In this document: piece by piece, positions 8,064-14,487 of the stretch
How positions within the stretch are numbered: position 1 is the stretch's first letter
Layout of the letters: each line of letters starts with the position of its first letter
Assembly: GCA_021372375.1 (NCBI GenBank)
Contig: JAJFUN010000018.1
Span: 1-14,487 of the forward strand
Reading direction: 5' to 3'
DNA: 14,487 nt
Source of the DNA: Pelosinus sp.
Lineage (GTDB): Bacteria; Bacillota; Negativicutes; Propionisporales; Propionisporaceae
Translations under genes and position numbers: made by a program
Notes under the pieces: model-generated
What the model was told of the DNA's origin: nothing
The model's database searches: none
The model's input: the letters and a program-made list of their open reading frames with translations, nothing else

Positions 8064-8841
8064 TGAACTAAAAGAAGGAATGATCGCTAGTCGAACAATT
8101 TGTGATGAGCGCGGTACCATTCTGGTGTCAAATGGTGTTGTCTTAACGGTTTCGATTATCGAACGCCTGCAAAATTTTGACGTTAGGTTTATTTATATTC
8201 AGGTTGAAAGTAATGAGACAGCCAAGCGTGAAATTGCTGCTGAATTACGGCAGATATCTGACGATATTTATGCGCAGCAGGTAATAAAAATTAAAGAGAA
8301 TATGGGTATGATTGAGGGTATTTTGTATCCTGCTTTAGAAAAACCTGATGTTAAATTGTTTGTAGAAAAATATGATGAGCTCCTTTTTAAACATAGCTTG
8401 CGCACAGCCATTTTGAGCCTTAATCTGGGATTAATAAAAAGGTATAATAAATCTCAATTGAATAATTTAGCATTAGGGTCAATTCTTCATGATTGTGGCA
8501 TGGAGAGCTTTATAGATTTGGATATGGAACATCCGCTCAAGGGATATGGCAATTTATGCAGCAATCAAGCTTTAGATATGGAAGCTGCGTTGATTTGTCT
8601 GCAGCATCACGAACGATATGATGGCAGCGGTCTCCCTTTTGCTTTTGGCAGGACGCAAATAACGGAACTGGCTTTTTTAGTAGCAGTTGTTGATTATTAT
8701 GATCGTTTTTTGATCCGCTGTAAGGATTCGAAAAAAGCCTTTTTTGCGACAGTTGAGAAAAAAGGCAGCTATTTTGAACCCGGCATGACGGATTTATTTG
8801 GTTCTACTTTGGATTGGCACCGGTTTTATAGTATTTCATGA
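8035..8841 (+). CDS. HD-GYP domain phosphodiesterase with a DUF3391-like N-terminal module (probable c-di-GMP phosphodiesterase); GYP motif reads GLP
   Basis: The N-terminus MRKLRKIRVDELKEGMIASRTICDERGTILVSNGVVLT matches the module that typically precedes HD-GYP domains. The HD motif is ILHDCGM. The conserved HHExxDGxGYP block reads HHERYDGSGLP. The gene overlaps the REC 3' end by 29 nt in a different frame. Confidence 0.8.
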   Translation: MRKLRKIRVDELKEGMIASRTICDERGTILVSNGVVLTVSIIERLQNFDVRFIYIQVESNETAKREIAAELRQISDDIYAQQVIKIKENMGMIEGILYPALEKPDVKLFVEKYDELLFKHSLRTAILSLNLGLIKRYNKSQLNNLALGSILHDCGMESFIDLDMEHPLKGYGNLCSNQALDMEAALICLQHHERYDGSGLPFAFGRTQITELAFLVAVVDYYDRFLIRCKDSKKAFFATVEKKGSYFEPGMTDLFGSTLDWHRFYSIS

Positions 8842-8910
8842 GTAGTGTAAGCTATGGGAACGTGTCATTATATTATTGCGTGAAATTTAAGCTAAGATAG
8901 TTTCGGGGTT

Positions 8911-8960
8911 GCCGCTAGCGATGATTTTTATATTTCGCTAATGCGGCGGCCTCTATTTTT
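8911..8960 (+). terminator. Possible terminator after the HD-GYP gene (GCCGCTAGCGA...TCGCTAatGCGGC, bulged 11-bp stem, 13-nt loop, T-run a few nt downstream)
   Basis: Inverted repeat read directly. The bulge and the displaced T-run lower confidence. Confidence 0.4.
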
Positions 8961-9059
8961 ATGAGATAAATGTTAAAAATAATGTATGGGGAGGAAAAAA
9001 CGGTAAGTAGCCAATAGTATATAGGGATACTTTGTTAACTTACTACAAGGAGGAAAAAC

Positions 9060-11123
9060 ATGTACGATATTATCGCAATCGCTAAGACTGCGCTTTGGGT
9101 AGTTGGTTTAATTGTGCTCATAACTATTATTGTGAAATCAATTGTAAGTGTGGGCGGCAATGAAATAGCTGTTTTGGAGCGCAAATATTTTGGTAAGCCT
9201 ATGCCTCAGGGACGGGTTATCGCGCAGGAAGACGAAATAGGAATTCAAGCCAGGACACTTGGTCCAGGCTTACACTTTTTGGTCCCTTTTCTATACTCAA
9301 CCAAAAAGCAGCAATTTACGCTCATTAAAGAAAATGAAGTCGGGCTTGTCGAGAGTATTGACGGCAATTCCATTCCTGCCGGAAAAATTTTCGGCCGTAC
9401 GGTCGAAGGACATAATACCTTTCAGGACGGGGCAGCTTTTTTGGCCAACGGTGGGGAGAAAGGCCCGCAGATTCCGGTCATTCCGGCCGGGACCTATCGT
9501 ATTAATCCTTTTTTATTTCGTGTAAGGGTAGTCCCTGTGACCATAATACCTGCAGGAAAGGTTGGAATTATCACATCCATGGATGGTCAGCCAATTGAAT
9601 CAGGTCGGCTTTTGGCCGAACGCATTACCGGGCATTCTACCTTTGAAAATGGCCAGGCCTTTTTAGATCAAGGCGGTCAGCGTGGACCGCAGATTGATAT
9701 TTTGCTGCCTGGTACTTATCGTATCAATTCCGATTTGTTTAAAGTTGAGCTATGTGAGGCAACTGTCGTGCCGGCTAATAAAGTTGGCCTTGTTACAGCA
9801 AGAGATGGTAAAGCTTTGCCTGAACAGGAGTTTGTCGCCAACCGTATAGAGGGGCATCGAGATTTTCAGGATGCTTCCGCCTTTTTGGCTAACGGCGGCC
9901 AGCGTGGACCTCAATTTGATGTATTAAAACCAGGTACATATTATATTAATCCCACGATGTTTGTTGTGACCTTAGATGATGTGGCAGTTATTGAACGCGG
10001 GCAGGTTGCAGTGGTAGTATCTAATGTTGGTGAAGAACCACGACAAATCAAGCAGGCTGTTGAGGAAGCCGTTAAAGAAGCAAAGGCATCTGAAGAAACT
10101 AAGAAAGCTGTTGACAGCCGGCTTCGGGAAGGCATTGAGCGCTATGTAGTGCCAAACGGGTTTCGTGGTATTCAGCAGGAAGTAGTGGGACCAGGTACTT
10201 ATTATCTGAATCGTATGGCATTTCATGCATATACGGTGGATACCACTAATATTACGATTGATTGGGATGAAAGCAGTGAAACTAAGTTTGATCCGCTGAA
10301 AGTGGTTTCTAAAGACGGCTTTGAGATGGGCGTGTCTGTCAAAGTCATCATCCGGGTACGACCTGATCAGGCGCCATACATGGTGGCGAAGATTGGGTCT
10401 ATCGAAAATTTAATTAATCATGTCATTCATCCGATGATTGACAGTTCATTTCGTAATCAGGCGTCTTCTACTTCGGCTATGAACTTTATGCAGGATCGGC
10501 AAAGTGAGCAGAAAAAAGCTGAAGAGGCGGCGCGGTTTGAACTCGAACGGTATCATGTAGAATGCGTCAGTGTGTTAATCTGCCAGATTAATCTGCCGCA
10601 TGAGCTGATGAAAACGCAAACGGAACGTATTATTGCTGAGCAGCAAATGGAAATGTACAATTCCCAGCAGCAGGCTGAATCCAAACGTATTGCGACAGAA
10701 AAGACACGGGCGGAAGCCGATCAGCAGAAAAACCTGGTGGAAGCAGAAATCGGCGTAAAGATTGCGGCGCAAAACAAGGAAAAAGCTATTCGTTTTGCTG
10801 AAGGCGAGGCTGAAGCTATTCGACTCAGAAAAGAAGGCGAAGCCAAGGGTATTACAGCTGTAGGTAAAGCTGAAGGCGATAGGATTTTGGCCATTGGTAA
10901 AGCTACCGCTGAATCGTATGAACTTCAGAACAAGGCAATTGGCGGCGATGGAGTAGTTTCTATCGAAATTGCCAAGCAAATTGCCGAAGGCAATATTAAG
11001 GTTACCCCTGATTTTCTAGTACAGGGCGGGGATAATTTGAACGGACTGCTCTCGGGTTATCTAACGCAGTGTCTGGCTGGTAAGGCAAAACCAGAGGAAG
11101 TACCAAAAAAACAGGAAGCATAA
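9060..11123 (+). CDS. Flotillin-family (SPFH/band-7 + C-terminal flotillin EA-repeat region) membrane protein, unusually long (687 aa) because of an internal tandem repeat insertion
   Basis: Strong SD AAGGAGG with a 7-nt spacer. N-terminal TM (ALWVVGLIVLITIIV). SPFH start block LGPGLHFLVPF. SPFH core at about aa 410-560. C-terminal coiled-coil AEGEAEAIRLRKEGEAKGITAVGKAEGDRILAIGKA and VQGGDNLNG, as in FloT/YqiK. Confidence 0.8.
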   Translation: MYDIIAIAKTALWVVGLIVLITIIVKSIVSVGGNEIAVLERKYFGKPMPQGRVIAQEDEIGIQARTLGPGLHFLVPFLYSTKKQQFTLIKENEVGLVESIDGNSIPAGKIFGRTVEGHNTFQDGAAFLANGGEKGPQIPVIPAGTYRINPFLFRVRVVPVTIIPAGKVGIITSMDGQPIESGRLLAERITGHSTFENGQAFLDQGGQRGPQIDILLPGTYRINSDLFKVELCEATVVPANKVGLVTARDGKALPEQEFVANRIEGHRDFQDASAFLANGGQRGPQFDVLKPGTYYINPTMFVVTLDDVAVIERGQVAVVVSNVGEEPRQIKQAVEEAVKEAKASEETKKAVDSRLREGIERYVVPNGFRGIQQEVVGPGTYYLNRMAFHAYTVDTTNITIDWDESSETKFDPLKVVSKDGFEMGVSVKVIIRVRPDQAPYMVAKIGSIENLINHVIHPMIDSSFRNQASSTSAMNFMQDRQSEQKKAEEAARFELERYHVECVSVLICQINLPHELMKTQTERIIAEQQMEMYNSQQQAESKRIATEKTRAEADQQKNLVEAEIGVKIAAQNKEKAIRFAEGEAEAIRLRKEGEAKGITAVGKAEGDRILAIGKATAESYELQNKAIGGDGVVSIEIAKQIAEGNIKVTPDFLVQGGDNLNGLLSGYLTQCLAGKAKPEEVPKKQEA
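9321..9986 (+). repeat. Three in-frame tandem repeats, 222 nt (74 aa) each, inside the flotillin gene; unit consensus ...GKVG..T..DG.......I.GH..F.DG.AFL.NGG.RGPQ.D.L.PGTYRINP..F.V...
   Basis: GH dipeptides at aa 117, 191 and 265 and PGTY at aa 143, 217 and 291 (exact 74-aa period). The nucleotide copies are recognisably similar (e.g. ggcccgcagatt / ggaccgcagatt / ggacctcaattt) but diverged. A fourth degenerate copy has GPGTYYLN at aa 376-383. Confidence 0.8.
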
Positions 11124-11126
11124 CAA

Positions 11127-11172
11127 AAAGGGGAGTACCATGCTATATGCAGAGTATTCCCCTTTGCTATTT
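11127..11172. terminator. Bidirectional terminator between the convergent flotillin (+) and ydcZ-like (-) genes
   Basis: AAAGGGGAGTAC-15 nt loop-GTATTCCCCTTTG (12-bp stem with one G-T wobble). The minus-strand version is followed by CCCCTTTTTGTTA (good U-run). The plus-strand version is followed by CTATTT (weaker). Confidence 0.6.
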
Positions 11173-11278
11173 AGCCACTGCTAGTACTATATGGCCAGTT
11201 TTCATCGGTTCGCCTGCCTGCTTGGCCATTGCGGTTTCTTCTTGGATCTGCTGTAAGATAGACATAGCCGGGCAGTCA

Positions 11279-11728
11279 TTAATTAGTCTGTATTAGGTAT
11301 ACGCTGACAATGAGCAGAATTACGCCAATAAGTCGCTGCGGGCTAATTGTATGAACAGGACTGCCTAATAGGCCAAAATGATCGAAGACAATTGCTAAAA
11401 TAAATTGTCCGGCAATAACAAGGCTAAGCATATTAGCAATGCCAATACTTGGCAAACATATGACGGTTGAAAAAATATAGAATGCGCCAAACAAGCCGCC
11501 TGTCCACAGCCAAAAACTTGGCTGCGTAAGGGTCTGCATAGTTGGCAGACTTTCCATGCCTAAGCAAATTGATCCTATATATACAAGTCCCAGCCCGGCA
11601 GTACCTGCAATGAAACTAATAAGTGAAGTTAGAAGCGGGCTGCCAATCTGAGATAACAGTTTTCCATTAATGCTGACTTGGAAGGTTATAAAGGTTCCTG
11701 AGACTAGAGCTAATAGATAATAAAACAT
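11279..11728 (-). CDS. Small DMT-superfamily membrane protein, YdcZ/DUF606-like (transporter family-2)
   Basis: 149 aa, 4-5 TM segments. The N-terminus MFYYLLALVSGTFITFQVSINGKLLSQIGSPLLTSLISFIAGTAGL resembles YdcZ-family starts (..Q..N..L....GSPL.A.LISF..GT). SD AAAGGAG with a 7-nt spacer on the minus strand. Confidence 0.65.
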   Translation of the reverse strand: MFYYLLALVSGTFITFQVSINGKLLSQIGSPLLTSLISFIAGTAGLGLVYIGSICLGMESLPTMQTLTQPSFWLWTGGLFGAFYIFSTVICLPSIGIANMLSLVIAGQFILAIVFDHFGLLGSPVHTISPQRLIGVILLIVSVYLIQTN

Positions 11729-11858
11729 TTATTTTCTCCTTTTTGTTTTAGCTAATCATTAATTATTATAATCCTTTTATAGGTAAACTAAAATAGCTTA
11801 AAAAAGTGGAGATTTCAAACAGTATTTCCTGGAAATATTATACAATAATTAACTTTAT

Positions 11859-11912
11859 CAAAAGGGGCTGGTGCCAGCGATATTTTATATCGCTGAAGTA
11901 CCAGCCCCTTTA
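11859..11912 (-). terminator. Rho-independent terminator for hppA (minus strand) with a nested second hairpin
   Basis: Outer stem AAAGGGGCTGGT / ACCAGCCCCTTT (12 bp) encloses an inner perfect 9-bp hairpin CAGCGATAT-ttt-ATATCGCTG. On the minus strand the stem is followed by TTTTGATAAAG. Confidence 0.7.
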
Positions 11913-11922
11913 ACTTATATTT

Positions 11923-13923
11923 TTAGAAAAACAATATTGGCGCAATAATTAATGAAATGGTTCCTGCGACCTTTATAAGCGGATTCATTGCTGGCCCTGC
12001 AGTATCCTTAAAGGGATCACCAACCGTATCGCCAATTACCGCGGCTGCGTGAGCCGGCGTTCCTTTGCCGCCAAAGTTTCCTGATTCAATATACTTTTTG
12101 GCATTATCCCATGATCCGCCGGAGTTGGACATAAATAGCGCCATCAAAATCCCGGCGGCAGTTGCCCCTGCCAAAAATCCAGCTAAGGATTTTGCGCCCA
12201 TTAGAAAACCAACGACAAGCGGCGAACCGACCGCAAATATACCAGGCAGTATCATTTCCCGTATCGCTGCCCTGGTACTGATGTCTACGCAGGCGGCATA
12301 GTCAGGACGACCGCTGCCGTCCATAATTCCTGGTATTTCCCTAAACTGCCGCCGAACTTCTTCAATCATTTCAAAAGCAGCTTTACCAACAGCCTCCATG
12401 GTAAAGGCGCATACGATAAACGGCAAGGTTGCGCCTAAGAATATACCAATCATTACTGTTGGTTCAGTTAAATTGATTGTTAAATGCCCATTAACCAATA
12501 ATCCGGCTAATTTAGGATTTTTAGCTACTTCTTCACCAAACGCCGTAAATAATGCTAAGGCTGTCAGCGCAGCTGAACCGATAGCAAAACCCTTAGCAAT
12601 AGCGGCAGTGGTATTGCCAACCGAATCCAGCTTGTCTGTTGTTTTTCGGACATCTTCACCAAGTTCAGCCATTTCGGCAATGCCGCCAGCATTATCGGCA
12701 ACCGGGCCGAAAGAGTCTACTGCTACTACCATACCGGCGGTACACAGCATGCCCATAGCGGCCATGGCTATTCCGTAAATTCCCGCTTGATTAAAGGCTA
12801 TCCAGATAGCTGTCACAAATACCAGCATAGAATAGCCTGTACTTCTTAATCCATTGGCAATACCTGAAATTACATTTGTGGCAGCTCCCGTTACAGAGGC
12901 ATCGGCAATGCCTCTAGTCGGCTTTTTAGCATGCGAGGTATAGTATTCTGTAATCATACCAACCAATACATTTACGCCTAAGCCTGCAACAATGGCGATA
13001 AAAATCGGGAAGCCTTGTGCGCCAAAGATATTTTGCGCAAGGAAAAAGGCCATTAAACCAGTGAGTAAGTTAGTGGACCATAATCCTCTGTTCAAAGCCT
13101 TTTGCGGATCGCCATTTTCGCCTGTACGTACCAGAAATGTACTAAGAATGGAGGCGGCAATCCCTGCTGCGCCGATTAGCAGCGGGAACAATACCCCGTT
13201 TATACCGAAAATTGCATTACCAATGAGCATGGCAGCAATTGCGGTAGCACCGTATGATTCAAAGAGGTCGGCTCCCATACCTGCCGTATCACCGACATTA
13301 TCGCCGACATTGTCAGCAATAACCGCAGGATTACGCGGGTCATCTTCGGGAATACCGGCCTCTACCTTACCAACTAAATCAGCGCCGACATCAGCTGCTT
13401 TGGTATAGATTCCGCCGCCAACCCTGGCAAAAAAGGCAATGGCGCTGGCGCCAAAAGCAAAACTATTTATAACAACCGGATCCCGGAAAATAATATACAA
13501 TGTGGAAACGCCTAGTAGTGCTAAACCAGCGACTGACATACCCATTACAGCGCCTGCCCTAAATGAAACACTGAGTGCTTTATTTAAGCTATGCCGGGCA
13601 GCTTCGGTCGTACGCGCATTGGCTTTGGTGGTGGAAATCATTCCTAAGTAGCCGGCAATTGCCGAACAGATTGCTCCTGCCAGAAAGGATACTGCTAATT
13701 TGTAACCATTGATAAAAAATAAAACGGCAAAAATAATCAGTGTAAACGGAATTAGTGTCCTATACTGACGGTTAAGGAAAGCCATGGCTCCTTCAAAAAT
13801 AGCCTGAGAAAGTTCTTGCATTCTTTGGTTGCCTTGACTTTCACTGAGTACACTTGACATGCAATAACCTGCAAATAAAAGTGCTATTATGCCTGCAATT
13901 GGTGCTATATAAAGTAAGTCCAA
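11923..13923 (-). CDS. hppA: Membrane-bound pyrophosphate-energized cation pump (H+- or Na+-translocating PPase), K+-dependent subtype by motif
   Basis: 666 aa, about 16 TM segments. Hallmark PPase motifs DNVGDNVGD and GNTTAAIAKG. The Ala (not Lys) at the GNxx(K/A)A position indicates the K+-dependent subfamily. The start is TTG (rc of 13921-13923) with SD GGAGGG and a 7-nt spacer. Confidence 0.95.
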   Translation of the reverse strand: MDLLYIAPIAGIIALLFAGYCMSSVLSESQGNQRMQELSQAIFEGAMAFLNRQYRTLIPFTLIIFAVLFFINGYKLAVSFLAGAICSAIAGYLGMISTTKANARTTEAARHSLNKALSVSFRAGAVMGMSVAGLALLGVSTLYIIFRDPVVINSFAFGASAIAFFARVGGGIYTKAADVGADLVGKVEAGIPEDDPRNPAVIADNVGDNVGDTAGMGADLFESYGATAIAAMLIGNAIFGINGVLFPLLIGAAGIAASILSTFLVRTGENGDPQKALNRGLWSTNLLTGLMAFFLAQNIFGAQGFPIFIAIVAGLGVNVLVGMITEYYTSHAKKPTRGIADASVTGAATNVISGIANGLRSTGYSMLVFVTAIWIAFNQAGIYGIAMAAMGMLCTAGMVVAVDSFGPVADNAGGIAEMAELGEDVRKTTDKLDSVGNTTAAIAKGFAIGSAALTALALFTAFGEEVAKNPKLAGLLVNGHLTINLTEPTVMIGIFLGATLPFIVCAFTMEAVGKAAFEMIEEVRRQFREIPGIMDGSGRPDYAACVDISTRAAIREMILPGIFAVGSPLVVGFLMGAKSLAGFLAGATAAGILMALFMSNSGGSWDNAKKYIESGNFGGKGTPAHAAAVIGDTVGDPFKDTAGPAMNPLIKVAGTISLIIAPILFF

Positions 13924-14103
13924 TATTGATCCCTCCGCTTTATGTTTATAGTATGATTCGGCACAAAGTTTCGATAAATGACGATTTTATTAAGACAAGT
14001 CAGCTACTGGTACAAAAGAACCAAATGATTAAATTTCACCTCTCTTTTAATATATTATTTAACAATAACAGTGTGAGTATGCTTGGTTATGTAACTAATA
14101 GTG

Positions 14104-14131
14104 ATTATAATAGATACCAAATATAAGTCAA
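14104..14131 (-). promoter_or_regulatory. Near-consensus sigma-A promoter on the minus strand (TTGACT-16 nt-TATAAT), candidate hppA promoter about 175 nt upstream of the TTG start
   Basis: Read on the reverse complement: ttgact tatatttggtatctat tataat. Both hexamers are 5/6 or 6/6 to consensus with a 16-nt spacer. Confidence 0.45.
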
Positions 14132-14219
14132 CGACATAGATACCAGAAATACTGTATTGTACCAGTAGGATATGCTCAGCCTACTGAACAACAATTAGTC
14201 CAATTAATGCAGACATTCA

Positions 14220-14272
14220 AAAAGGGGCTGTCGCATTAGTATTATTGCTAACGCGAACAGCCCGCTATTTAT
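14220..14272 (-). terminator. Minus-strand-oriented rho-independent terminator with no recognisable ORF upstream of it within the window
   Basis: Plus strand reads aaaaaGGGGCTGTCGC-attagtattattgctaa-GCGAaCAGCCCgctattt. On the minus strand the stem is followed by CCCCTTTTTGAATG (strong U-run). All three minus-strand frames of 14273-14487 hit stops within 30 codons or less. Confidence 0.45.
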
Positions 14273-14487
14273 AATGTGACATAGTTTAATCGCCGGACGC
14301 AGCAAGAATGCTGGTCCTGGTAGCCTCTTGCAGCTGTACAATATTTCGGTTATATTGGGCTGCTTTTGGATATCACATAAGATAAATCATTTTGTATGGC
14401 ATCTAAATGGTATTCTGGAAATTTCTGCAAGCGTTCAATTTGTTCACCCTAATTGTAGTTAATAAAAGCAGGCAGGAAAGACAGTGA

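Noticed and set aside
7653-8841. REC and HD-GYP as one frameshifted RpfG-like gene.
   Set aside because: The REC ORF is full length with all conserved receiver residues and its own stop. The HD-GYP ORF starts with a complete DUF3391-like N-terminal module, as in standalone HD-GYP proteins, and has a proper ATG. Overlapping separate genes is the simpler reading.
13994-14168. 12-bp inverted repeats bracketing about 150 bp, considered as a MITE or IS remnant.
   Set aside because: No target-site duplication is visible (flanks gtcag vs gatat). The bracketed segment contains the best promoter for hppA. A regulatory role is more parsimonious.
1-14487. CRISPR arrays, tRNA/rRNA genes, integrases, transposases, phage or toxin-antitoxin genes.
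   Set aside because: No direct-repeat arrays, no cloverleaf-like conserved tRNA blocks, and no ORFs with recombinase or transposase motifs were seen. The window looks like ordinary core or accessory chromosomal sequence.

Overview
Chromosomal-looking region from a low-to-moderate-GC Gram-positive-type anaerobe (Firmicutes-like; strong AGGAGG-type SDs, TTG/GTG starts). About 12 genes are packed tightly, nearly all with recognisable families. Plus strand: BrnQ branched-chain amino-acid carrier, a small acidic membrane protein, a standalone hemerythrin, a methyl-accepting chemotaxis protein, a YfbR-like HD nucleotidase translationally coupled to a YafV-like Nit hydrolase, an orphan CheY-like receiver overlapping a DUF3391/HD-GYP phosphodiesterase, and an unusually long flotillin (SPFH) protein. 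Minus strand: a GGDEF diguanylate cyclase, a YdcZ/DUF606 small transporter, and a membrane pyrophosphate-energized pump (hppA). The region is dominated by c-di-GMP/chemotaxis signalling genes. No CRISPR, rRNA/tRNA or mobile-element signatures were seen. Most unusual items: (i) the flotillin carries three exact-period (222 nt / 74 aa) tandem repeats of an SPFH N-terminal beta-hairpin-like unit and has no NfeD partner, sitting directly downstream of the REC + HD-GYP pair; (ii) a >560-nt ORF-free region upstream of hppA with a near-consensus promoter embedded in direct and inverted repeats, plus an orphan minus-strand terminator (possible sRNA or regulatory leader); (iii) a glycine-rich small membrane protein with a (DDFGG)2 acidic tail; (iv) an HD-nucleotidase/Nit coupled pair reminiscent of Nit-Fhit. 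All family assignments are from motif recognition by eye. No database searches were run.
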